NCBI GenBank assembly: GCA_051294375.1
Contig: CM119266.1
Location: forward strand, 3,970,420 to 4,034,419
DNA from: Paraspadella gotoi
Lineage: Eukaryota; Animalia; Chaetognatha
Direction: 5' to 3'
Length of the DNA stretch: 64,000 bases
Under the pieces are notes generated by a model that saw only the letters and a list, made by a program, of their open reading frames with translations, did no database searches and was not told the origin of the DNA. A program made the translations under genes and the position numbers. Shown piece by piece: positions 24,170-35,016 of the stretch; positions within the stretch are counted from its first letter, which is position 1; each line of letters opens with the position of its first letter.

Positions 24170-26683
24170 TTAATCTACGTATGAAATCTGTTTGACGAAA
24201 TTTTTGGGGATCCAGCCTTGCTGACCGGATGAGCATGCCGTGACCCAGAGCCATTCCTCATCGCTCTGCCCGACCATGTCGGCAAGAAGGAACTCGTCCT
24301 TGTTGACGACGAAATCCGGGACGCGTGGATCCTGAAAATCGAATTCTGCGATGAGACGAACCACACCGAAATGATCGTGAAGAAACGTGTCGTCGAGACG
24401 CGTCAAGACTCCGGGCGACGTCACGTCCTGTTTGACGATGTCCATCGCCGGCTCGCCCTCGTGGGCGTGGACGATGACGGAAACTTTGCCCGCGGGCGGC
24501 GTCCGTTTCGGCGAAGGAGAATCCAGCTCTGGATTCGGAGCTCGCGGTCCCAAATGGTTGGCAGGGACGAAGCCTTCGTCGCCGTCGCCTTTGAGGACCC
24601 AAGTCCAATCAGGATCTTCGTCGTTGAGGACGGTGACCTTCTCTCCGGCGATCAACGAGACGTCGTTCTCCTCTACGGCGAAAAAGTCCCAGAGAGCGAG
24701 AGCATCGCCGTGTTGGAGACGTGAAAAGATTTTAATCTCGGAAATGTTGAGATTCTCTGGAATGAGCCAATATTTGCGGGTCATGGCGACGCTTTTTCCT
24801 CCGGAAAATTTGACGGGGATATTCTCTTGAATGACTTTGGTCTTTCGTTGATCGTTGGCGTCCGTGAGAACGAGTTTATCTTTTAATTCCTGCGTCGTCC
24901 GTTGGAGGTCGTTGTTGGGAGGACGAGACGGAAGAGGTTGAAGATATCCGTCCGCGTCTGTGGCGTCGACGACCTCGTCGAGACGGCGTCGCGCCATCTT
25001 TTCGCTTCCGCACGGAACGGCGCCATGCGGTTTTCTAAATGACGCCGGAAGCGTCATGCTGCCAGGATCGCGAAGGGCGTTGGGCGTGTCCAAGTCGGTC
25101 TTATCCTCGAGGGAACTGGCGTCGCGTCGATCCTTTCGCTGCATCTCCATCTTTCTTTGACGCCACGTTTGACGCACCTCCTTCGCCGATGAGGACGAAG
25201 TGGAGGCGACTTCCGAATCTGAACTCTTGTCTCCCCAACGAGAATCCATCCCAGTTCCGCTGTCGACTCCACCGAAGAGATCCGTCGTAGTGGAAGCGTG
25301 TTGAGGCGGAGAAGGAAGAGAGGAAGAGGAGGTGTCGACGTGACATCCGCTGCTCGAGTCGTTCCCGAAGGAGGTCGTCATCACGTGAGGAGGAACGACG
25401 CCGATGGCTCTAGAGTCTCTCTTCGCCGAACGATGTTGAGGAGTGTTGAAGAGCGATTCCTTCTTCCTCGCTTCGTGTTCGAACAAAACCTGATGGCTCC
25501 CGTGATGCGAAGGTCGACATCCTTTGACGCCTTCGGCTCGAGAATGAAGCATCATCGAAGTCGTCAAACGTTGAGAGTCTTGATCCTTTAATCTTCCTTC
25601 TTTAATGCATTGTTGCAGCGGAGAGACGAAGGAAGGAGATCGCGTTCCGCCGACGGACTTCTTGCCTTTCATCTTGACAACTTCCGAGCCTCCTCCTCCT
25701 CCTTTGTGGGCGTGGCCCTCGTGCTTCATTTTCGGACTCTTCCTCGGCGTGGACCCGATGTGTTTGGCGAGAGAATCCGAGAGTTCGATCTTTCCCGACG
25801 AAGTGTGGAAGACGTGAGCTTTGGGATCGAGCGAGGATTGATCGAGTCGAGATTGAGAACGATGAGATCTTTGTGAAGCGAGAGATTCGCGAGATCGAGA
25901 ATCCACTGTTCTTAAATCAGATCCAGAGATTCGTCCCTGCTGCTGCTGCTGCTGAGGCGGCGGATTCGGCGGCTGTGGCAGCGTGGGAGGTCTCGGCGGT
26001 GCGGCGGATGTCGTCGCAAAGTTGTTATCGCAAGAATCAACGCCACCTGACGATCCTCTCCGCGCGTTTTCGGGAGTCGGTCGAGGACGACCCGCTCGAG
26101 TCGCTTCGCTCGCCGAGGAATCACCTCCGGTAGCGGAGAGTTTGACGTGTTTCTTTAAATCAGACTGGATGGCCTTGAGCCTTTCCTCCACGTCGCCCTT
26201 GGAGGAGCATTTGCTTTTATTTCCATTTTGATCTCCCGGCGGAGAGACGACGTCCGCGTTTCCGTTGTCGTCTTGAGGTCGCGCGCGCATCTTCTTCGAT
26301 CTGACGCAATTCTCTCGGGGGATGAATCCTTCTGCTCCTTTGTCGCTGACCACGTAGAGCCAATCCTCGTCCCGGAAGATGACCACGACGGTCTGACCCA
26401 CGTTGACGCTGACTTCGTCCTCCATCTCCGCCACGTGTTGACGTGTCACCGTTCGCATGGCCTCCGCATAGGCGCCGCCTTGTACGACGCCTCCCGTACC
26501 CGATGCCGCCTCCAGGCCAACGAGGACGAGCGTCTCGATGCTCGTGCTTCCTGTCATCTTCCTCTTAGTCCACGAACGCGTCAATCCGCCTCGACCGCAA
26601 GGGTTCGCCCCTTCGATCCCGTCGCCCACCTCGCGGGCCTTTTTGGGGTGCGGCCTCGCGCGGGCCGGACAGAAAAATGCCAT
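24170..26683 (-). CDS. Dlish: Triple-SH3 adaptor Dlish/Vamana (Fat-Dachs-Hippo pathway), intronless
   Basis: N-terminal MAFFCP and TGSTSIETLVLVGLE match the Dlish hallmarks MAFLCP and TGSASIETLVRVGIE; three SH3 domains (EDEVSV...DWLYV...EGFIP; ALWDF...DWTWV...EGFVP; AEFDF...EWLWV...QGWIP). Confidence 0.88.
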   Translation of the reverse strand: MAFFCPARARPHPKKAREVGDGIEGANPCGRGGLTRSWTKRKMTGSTSIETLVLVGLEAASGTGGVVQGGAYAEAMRTVTRQHVAEMEDEVSVNVGQTVVVIFRDEDWLYVVSDKGAEGFIPRENCVRSKKMRARPQDDNGNADVVSPPGDQNGNKSKCSSKGDVEERLKAIQSDLKKHVKLSATGGDSSASEATRAGRPRPTPENARRGSSGGVDSCDNNFATTSAAPPRPPTLPQPPNPPPQQQQQQGRISGSDLRTVDSRSRESLASQRSHRSQSRLDQSSLDPKAHVFHTSSGKIELSDSLAKHIGSTPRKSPKMKHEGHAHKGGGGGSEVVKMKGKKSVGGTRSPSFVSPLQQCIKEGRLKDQDSQRLTTSMMLHSRAEGVKGCRPSHHGSHQVLFEHEARKKESLFNTPQHRSAKRDSRAIGVVPPHVMTTSFGNDSSSGCHVDTSSSSLPSPPQHASTTTDLFGGVDSGTGMDSRWGDKSSDSEVASTSSSSAKEVRQTWRQRKMEMQRKDRRDASSLEDKTDLDTPNALRDPGSMTLPASFRKPHGAVPCGSEKMARRRLDEVVDATDADGYLQPLPSRPPNNDLQRTTQELKDKLVLTDANDQRKTKVIQENIPVKFSGGKSVAMTRKYWLIPENLNISEIKIFSRLQHGDALALWDFFAVEENDVSLIAGEKVTVLNDEDPDWTWVLKGDGDEGFVPANHLGPRAPNPELDSPSPKRTPPAGKVSVIVHAHEGEPAMDIVKQDVTSPGVLTRLDDTFLHDHFGVVRLIAEFDFQDPRVPDFVVNKDEFLLADMVGQSDEEWLWVTACSSGQQGWIPKNFVKQISYVD

Positions 26684-27364
26684 TTGGAGGCCAAGGGTTC
26701 GAACTTTTCACCTTTGATCATCAATTTATCTACAGTTTAAGGTTAAGGCGGCATTTTGACCGGTTTTTTGGGGGCGCGTTATTCAACAAAGGCGTCCATA
26801 ATATTTTCGTGGTTCCACAAGCCAGTGGTGAGTTATAGAAAGGCCTCGTGAAAAGTCGCCTCACCAGCATAAAAAAACAGGCATCCCTGAACAAAGACAA
26901 AAGGCCAATTAGTTAACGAATTTATTTAAAAACTATTGGTAATATTGTCTTAACAGGTAATAAATTTAGTTAAACTATAGGAAAAAATTATTTGGATAGT
27001 AATAGTTATATTCTAATCGTTGTCAACTTACTGTGTTTCAAGCTATTTTTAAAATCCATTTATCGAAATGATTATATGCGCGGTATAATTTGTTTTAACC
27101 TTTTACATTATTGACTTGTAAATTTTAGTAACCTAATCCGTTTCAATGTCAACATCCTAGAGACGAAAGGAAATTCTTCTGGGCTTTGGACTTGGAAAAC
27201 TAATAATAATAAAAAGCTTTTAAATAAAAAGCTTTTTAATACACCCACGGTCAGAATCGAAATCTTTCTTCGGTTTCTTTGAGGATTCATATTCAAAGGA
27301 GAAATGTTTTTTTCTCTTTGACAAAACTTGTATCGCTTAAAACTTTTATCTCCGACTCAAGAAA

Positions 27365-29001
27365 ATGTGTAATTTTCGTTGCAAGCGAAAACTAATTTAT
27401 ATAATTCATTACCTTATAACAATCATTCTTATACTTATAACAATAATACTTCACTTTCTCTCGACGGAATTCGGGAGAACTCACGTTTTTGAAAAACTGA
27501 GCGATTGTTATTTCACGGAAAATGGAGAAGATTACATTGGACATCGCTCCTACACCAGAAACGGGCTCACTTGTCAAGTAAGTTTAGCAAATATTGTAAT
27601 ACTTTTGCAAAAACATTTAAATATGACATTAACGATTATAAGATTTTATTGTGATGATTTATCAGGAATGGATCAAACAATCTCCTCAAAAGCATCATTA
27701 CTCAAATAGCACATTTGCGTTTTTCAGGTGTTTACAAATTCACTGCTTATAGGCTAACTCTTGCCCCCTCTCTCCAATTAGTAAATATAATTAAACTCTT
27801 TATAATTTAGGGATGGATCACCGATAAAAGCGAAAAATTACTGCAGGAATCCAATAGCCAAGTTAGTTGGACCAAGAAGCAAGCCATGGTGTTACACCAC
27901 AAAAGCGGACAGACGTTGGGAGTACTGCTTCGAACACGATGGTTTATGCAATCTGAGGGCTCTTTTTATTCATGGAGCTGAAACGGAACTATTTGATAAA
28001 AAAGTGACACTCTTTTATCCTACGCACACAATCGTAATTGTTATATGGGTAATGACCTATATCTGGATTTTCTTTTCTTTTCTGTTTTTATTGGCTTTTG
28101 CTATGTTACGTAAAATAAATGATTGGAATGCACTTGGTCTGAAACACCCCGACGTATTGATATGGTATATGAATGCAGCAATGTGGCTCAGCTTAATGCT
28201 TCATATTTCATGGATGTTTTTATGGGATCGCGAATACATAGAAGTTTCATTTGTCCTTTGGATTCTTTCAACATTTTTTTCTTCATATGTTTCATTTGGA
28301 AATAATTGGAATTATCAAAAATTTGCAATTGAAATCGAATGTATAGAAGAAAGAACAAAAGTCCGACGTTTCGCCCACTTCCTTCTGTTACAGGTCTTAA
28401 CATATTTATAAATCAATATAGTAATTTCGACCCTGCTCTTTACATCAAACAATAATTTTCCTACAGAATGGACTTGTGGCGTTCTTTACAACGACAACAT
28501 TTTTTAACGCATCTATGTTTACAATTGTCATGGAAACTAACAAAGTTCTTAATGAAGAAGTTGCTGCCTTATTCGCCATTTCAATCCTATTTGTTATGTA
28601 TATAGCGTGGTGTATATTTGACTTGATTCTTATGTCAAATTCGATGAGTTATTTATACAGTCCCCAGGTAAAACCTTCCTAAAATATGCGTTCTTAGCAT
28701 AATTTTACAGAACTTCCATTCTCTCTTAAAATAACAGATTGTTTGTATAATTTTCTCCGCTGGGACACTGTCACGAAGCTGGAATTCAAAATCGACGGCA
28801 ATGATACTATTAGCAGTATTTGTAGTAATAGTGGTGGCAACATTAGAGACAAAAATTATCGTTACCATTGTACAGAGTTTAAAAAAAAAGAAAGCAAAAA
28901 GCAACGTGGAAAGCTTACCATCATCCTCTACAATAGGAACAATGACAAGAAGTGAATATTCACTTTATAATGAAAGATTTCGACGTCCCTTACTTCTGTA
29001 A
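27365..29001 (+). CDS. Kringle-domain multi-pass membrane protein (exons 27365-27577, 27666-27727, 27811-28393, 28467-28667, 28738-29001)
   Basis: Hydrophobic N-terminus; kringle CY..NGEDYIG...T.NGLTCQ|EW...NYCRNP...PWCYTT...RWEYC; then about 7 hydrophobic segments including LLQNGLVAFFTTTTFFN. All introns are GT-AG and phase-compatible. Confidence 0.8.
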
Positions 29002-30948
29002 TATGCACCATATAGGTCCTTATTAAATAAATGACGCATTTTAACCTATTTTTTTAGTAATTGAACAAAACTGTATTAAAATGTCAAAGTTTTTTTTTTA
29101 AAGATTTCTTTAATTTGTTAGTTTGTATGTATATAAATTAAATGTGTCATTTTAAAAAAAATATTGATCCACCTTCTAAACATGCACAAAAAATATTAAG
29201 ATTTTGCTGACTGTTTCATTAAAAAGCTTAATTCCTAGATAATGACAATTTTTTACCTATTTAATGAATTACAAAATAATTATTAAAAAAAGTATTTTAC
29301 TATCCCTTTAGTAGATTCGTTTAAAAATAGAGGCATTTAAAAATTAGAGATGTAAAACGCGAATCCAAGCAACGCAGTTGTAGAATTGAAATCGCGACGA
29401 TGAGGCTCACAGTCTCACAGGAATCATGGTGTCAACTCGATTCTCTCCATGTGGCGAAACAAAGATGGTTCTCGTTGATATGCGGAGAAAATTTAGGGAA
29501 GCGAAAACACGAAGCACGGCGAAGGAAATGGGACAGAAAGAGAGAGAGAGAAAGGCAGGAGAGTTGGGAGGAGGAACGCGCAAATGGAAAGAAGCAATGA
29601 ATGGGTTCAGCTCTCCATCTGACTCAGAGTGGGTATGCAAAGGGACATGTTGATCGCGAGAGAGAGAGTGGAAATGGGGATCAGTTGTCGAGGCGGCATA
29701 TGGATTTCTTTTCTCAATTAGATTAGATGAAGATTAGTTAAGATTTAAGATAAGGTTCACCTGTTGAATTGAATAATTTCATAGAATACATTTATTTAAA
29801 CTTGCTAACCTGGATTAGTCAAAGATGAAGTTTACTTTAAACGAATTTTCTAAAACAATTTAAAATTTAAAATACGTATGCAAATATGCAGCGGTGGAAT
29901 GCGTTAATAATACAGATACGTTTATACACGTTTTTAATTTAATGAAAATCGCTCAGCCCCCAAATTACTAAGTTGCAAATAATCTATGTGACCTTTGGAT
30001 ATTTTTGTTTGCGAGACCTTTTAGAAGTAATAGAATGACAGATTTAAATAAATTCATTAATGAATGACGTGAGTAATTCGACATAACACTACCGCAAATC
30101 GACTGAGGAGCCAACAGCCAAGTTCTACGGTTTCAAGTATTTTTTTAAAAAATTCTCAACATCCTTCTCGTCGCCACGCATAAGCACGAGGAGCCACGTG
30201 ACCAAGACTATCACGTGATCGAGAAAACCTTTCCATGACACCAAAAAACATGAAAACAAAAGGGACAGTTGGAAGGAGTGGGAAAGCTTATTTTACGAGA
30301 AAGGCTTAAAAGCTTATAGCGACAAAACCCAAAAGTTATTCTTGATTATTGCAGGAAGTAAAACGAGCATGAATTAGTAAAGCGTATTTGCCATGGTTTC
30401 TTTAATTTTAATCAAACTTTCATTTCCAATTTATTCTTTCACCAACCTTTTTTATATCCAATAAATACAAAGCCGCGACACAAAGCAATTGATAGTTTTA
30501 ACATTTAAACTATTTTCTTTGTAAACCTACAGATCTTATTTTAAAACTTTGAAAACTTTAAAATTGAAAGGTTTTGCGTGATTTATTAATATTTTCAAAC
30601 TGTGTACATTTGGTTTAAAAATTTTGCATTTTTAATAGTTTTTCGTCCATTGGTTCCATCTCTCAAGGTTTGAGGTCCGGACAGGAAGAGGAGTAGGAAG
30701 AGGAGGAAGAAAATGTCCTTATATGGAAAAATTGGCAAAAATGCTGCCTCAGTACGAATGGCAGCAGTGCAAAAACGGACGCGGCAGAGCTGGAAGGGTT
30801 TAATAAAAACCACTTATTTTATTGTTATAAACATATTTTAAATTCAATTCTAGTTTAATAAAAACCGAAAAATTCGATCAATAAACACAAGATCAAGAAA
30901 AATCCTCTCAATATAACTTATTTATAAAAGATATATTTCCGATTTTTT

Positions 30949-30961
30949 GTTGCCTAGCAAC
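30949..30961. promoter_or_regulatory. RFX X-box upstream of NME5
   Basis: GTTGCCTAGCAAC fits the X-box consensus GTNRCC(N0-3)RGYAAC, ~400 bp upstream of a ciliary gene ATG. Confidence 0.7.
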
Positions 30962-31358
30962 GCAATAACTCGACACTAAATACAAACCTGCTTTCAACAG
31001 CAGGAAAAATAAAACCTCGCTTTTAATAAATACCAAACTTTGAAAATTGAAGACTGGAAATCTATTTAATGATAGAACTAAATTAAATAAGCTAACTATT
31101 TTAAACAAATAGCAGTTTATATTTAGAACTCGAAAAATTATTACGGTATCTGTGAGTACATTATAGTTTCATGCAATTCCCTTTTTCGAGTTGCAATAAA
31201 ACGAATAGAAATACACTTTCAAAAAAGCATCGATATTACAGAACTATAAAAAGTGTTCTTACGTTAACAAATTTTTTTCACTCTGGGGTTTAATTAGTTT
31301 TTATAATTTTACCAAGTCTATTTAAAAGCTGACGGTATTTAGAAAGGCGACGTCAATC

Positions 31359-32736
31359 ATGGCGGACGAGGAAATGGATCTTATGAAGCCGCCGCAAATA
31401 TTCGTGGAGCGAACGCTGGCGATCGTGAAACCCGACGCCGTGGAAAAAGCGGAGGAGATAGAGGACATCATCCTTCGCACGGGATTCACGATCCTTCAAC
31501 GACGTCGCGTCCACTTGACGCCCGAACAGGCATCCGACTTGTACGCCGAACACTACGGAAAGCTCTTCTTCCCTTCATTGGTCGCATACATGTCTTCCGC
31601 GCCCGTGATCGTCATGGTGCTCGCCAGGTTTGTGGCGATGGATTCACTTTAGCTAATCGCGTGAATACAACATACAACAGCGATGGTGATGTAAGACTGT
31701 AAGAGTGAGCTTTTTATCTCCCCACAAGAGGCCTTGGGTTCGAGCCTGCTATGTTTTACTTTTTTTTAGAAAGAGACGAACAGTGGTTAGATTCGCAGTT
31801 TTAATGTGGCAATTAACAGAGGGTAACTTGACGTGGAGTGGAACCCAAAAAATTACAGCCCGATTTTCCAAAAGCGCCCCATTTGATCCTAAATTCGAAA
31901 AAAAATTAATATTTAGGTTTAAGTTTAAGACCCAAGTCGGGCATTGCATAAGTTCACCCCGCCTGTAAGCATGACACCTTCGGTCGTGATCCGGTGGCTC
32001 ATTGAGTAAAGCCATCGGCTCATGACCACTAGGTATTAGGTTCAATACAATCCCGGTACCTACCCTGCGGGAAGCGTGAGGACGGCCTTAAACCGCGTTG
32101 GGGGCGTGGAAAACCCCCAAGCCTGGTTCCAAACCCAGCTCCCGTTCCATTGCTGCTGAGAGGGCACAGAAGTTACGGATAGTAGTCTTCAGCCCACAGA
32201 GCGCCTTATCTAAAGATAATACAAGGCTCCATTAACAAAATCAAGGCTTACGTTTTTAATTTTTTCTCGTTTTTCTAAACAGAGAAAAAGCAATCAGTTT
32301 CTGGAGAGAGTTGATCGGTCCAACTAACAGCATAAAAGCCAAGGCGACACATCCGGACAGTCTGCGCGCCATCTACGGCACGGATGACCAGAAGAACGCC
32401 GTCCACGGCAGCGACGCTTACTCTTCGGCAGAAAGAGAAGTTCGATTCTTTTTTCCCGATTCAGTTCTTGAGCCAATACCTATTGGTAAGTCAATATGAT
32501 AGTGTTATACTGGCATTTCGCATGAAATTCCAAATATTTCTCTGGAACTATTTTCAGCTCAAGCCGCCAAAGATTATCTCGAAGCCTACGTCAATCCAAC
32601 GCTGTTGAAAGGCCTCACTTCCTTGTGCAAAATGAAACCATCGGATCCAGTGACTTGGTTGGCGGATTGGTTGTTAGAAAATAACCCCAACAAACCCAAG
32701 ACGGCGGGATTAAGAATTGACATTCCCACTGGCTAA
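31359..32736 (+). CDS. NME5: Nucleoside diphosphate kinase homolog 5 (radial spoke RSPH23) with Dpy-30 domain (exons 31359-31627, 32283-32485, 32558-32736)
   Basis: ERTLAIVKPDAV, HPDSLRAIYGTDDQKNAVHGSD and Dpy-30-like DYLEAYVNPTLLKGLTSLCKMKPSDPVTWLADWLLENNPNKP. Confidence 0.95.
31678..32215 (+). mobile_element. SINE-like element(s) in NME5 intron 1: tRNA-like head plus Deu/Nin-domain-like body
   Basis: B-box GGTTCGAGCC at ~31737. GC-rich structured body 31935-32215 contains GTTCCATTGCTGCTGAGAGGGCACAGAAGTTACGGATAGTAGTCTTCAGCCC, resembling the Deu/Nin SINE domain as I recall it. Confidence 0.6.
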
Positions 32737-33119
32737 TTTGACTCTTATTATTTTATTTTACATTGAAAATCTTGGCGGAGTGTGTTAGTTTTTCGTAATA
32801 AAGTACCTTGATATATATTTTTTTAAATCTTACCACGAAATAAACGTAGTTTTGATGAATTGTCAAGTAAATTCAGATTGGATTGCACTCACAACAATCT
32901 AGGCGAAATTTACCAATTTACTTCAACCGGCAGTTTTCTTCTATTAAGTTTCAAAGAACAAACAAAAACTCAATTAAAAAGTGAAATTGTACAGAGACGT
33001 ATCATTTCTTCCAACAATCATTTTGTGTAATTACTGTAAATGAAAAGGTTTTATTACTCGTTTTTAATTTTATAATAGAGAAATAACTTCAGTAGAAACT
33101 GTAGAACATACTGCGCACA

Positions 33120-34843
33120 ATGGCTTTCACGGTTATCTCTGCTAAATACCCACCTCAAATTGACCCTACCCGGGTACCTTTAGCATATGGGGATCGAGCC
33201 CTTCCTAAAATAAACAGGGAGCTACAGGTTTGTTTTAAAAAACTATGTGGCTTAAAATGGATCAATTAGTTATTTCAATCAGTGTTTTTAATATTTATTA
33301 AGGATTCAGTACTTCTCACACGTCAACGAGCACTAATGTCCTTGTGTGATTATCTTCACGACCCAGAACACATTGCAGAAGCATTAAGAGTCGGCATCGC
33401 AAAAAGTTTAAAAAGCTTATTAACCGATGAAGACTCCACCGTAAGGTATTTGAGTTATCATTTCAATCTTATAACAATTTACTAAGCAATTAACTTGTGG
33501 TTGGTCATATTACCCTATAACTCGTCTGAGAACCAACAGCTTCTATGGGTTCTCCCGACCTAAGGACTCGGGTTCGTGCCCTGCTGATTCTCATAAGTGG
33601 GATGGGGAGTCTAACAAAAAAGTAGTTCTGCAACTGTTAGGTTCTTAGTCATGAAACTTGCTTGCTACGGACGGTGACCCGCGCGAGGCATCGTTTTTCA
33701 GTCAATTTTTTCTTCCCTTTTTTCATTTCAAACCAGACAAAAAGCAACCGAGTGCCTATTTGTCATCGCTGGGCACGCAGTAGGACGTGATGCGTTCCTG
33801 GACAATGAAATTGTTATCCCGGTTTCCAAGTTGTTCGATGACCCAATAGACATCGCACGGAAAAATGCGCATAAAGTTATTACATTAAATTACCTTCTAA
33901 AATAATTTTCTAATTTATAACAAATTCTTAATACGTTAACAGGCAATGGAAATGATAGCAGAAACACCGCCGGGAGCAGCAGGAATTGTAGCCGCAAATC
34001 TTGTTCCACAAGTAAGCAATGAAGTTCAGTATAAATTTTTAAAAAATCCATTTGCACGAATCATTTTGAAATAGTTGGTGGTAAAACTTCAAGAGGAGGT
34101 GGATGAAATAAAAGAACTGATACTGGACACCCTCCATTTCTGTATGAGAGTGGATACCGATCATGCCCTAGAAGCTGGAGGTATGGAAGTATATACGGAT
34201 CTTCTCACACACCCTATCGATACAATCCGAGCGAAGGTAATTTGAACGACACTTAATTTGAACTCCCAGCTATTATTTTTTTAATTTTCAATTTACATTT
34301 CAAAGGCGGCGCGTGATATCATGGATCTGTCAGTTCCATTAGCGGGTAAAAATAAAGCTGTCGAGGTACGTGCTCTTCCGGCTCTTGTGACTCTGCTAAA
34401 AGACAATTCCACTGATGTGAGAGCAAAAGCTGCAGGAGCAATCATGACAATCACGATCACAACACAGGTGATTGCTAGGATTCTGTGATGGGAAGACAGG
34501 GCAAAGGCAATTAATTAAGATCTTTTAGGGAAAGAAAACCGCGATACGAAGTGGGGCCATCAAGGACTTGGTGGGTCTAGTCGACGACGAAAACTCCGAG
34601 GTTCGTCTCAATGCCCTTAAAGCGATCACTTGTCTGAGTGAGGCGCCTGAGGGACGACGGAATCTCTTGCACCACGTCGATCAGGTAAGTTTAATCGCCT
34701 TGAGAATTAAAGTATAACTGATAACCTGATTAACCAATTCATTAACAAAGATCCGAAACCGAATTTCAATCGACTCGGAACGCAGCGGAGCAGTGCGCAA
34801 AGCAGCGGAAATCGCTGTCAAAGTCATTACGTGGAAGCCTTAA
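33120..34843 (+). CDS. RSPH14: Radial spoke head 14 homolog (ARM repeats), multi-exon
   Basis: MAFTVISAKYPPQIDPTRVPLAYGDRALPKINRELQ, RQRALMSLCDYLHDPE, C-terminal AAEIAVKVITWKP*. Confidence 0.93.
33510..33695 (+). mobile_element. Degenerate tRNA-derived SINE-like fragment in an RSPH14 intron
   Basis: GC-richer island with B-box-like GGTTCGTGCCC at 33571 in an intron longer than its neighbours. Confidence 0.35.
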
Positions 34844-35016
34844 CCAAACCACAACTTGATAATGACCGCAAGAAAAAACAAAAAACTTCTTTGTCCAAAT
34901 AAAAAAAAATATTGAAACGAAATATTTCTTTCATGTCTCGTTGCCATATTTTAGTCAAAATGTTTTTCTGTTTTAGACAAAGTAATGTTTTAAATTCGAA
35001 ACTATGCGTCGGAAAC

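Noticed and set aside
29400-29700. Purine-rich island with short ORFs
   Set aside because: No recognisable protein or coherent splice structure.
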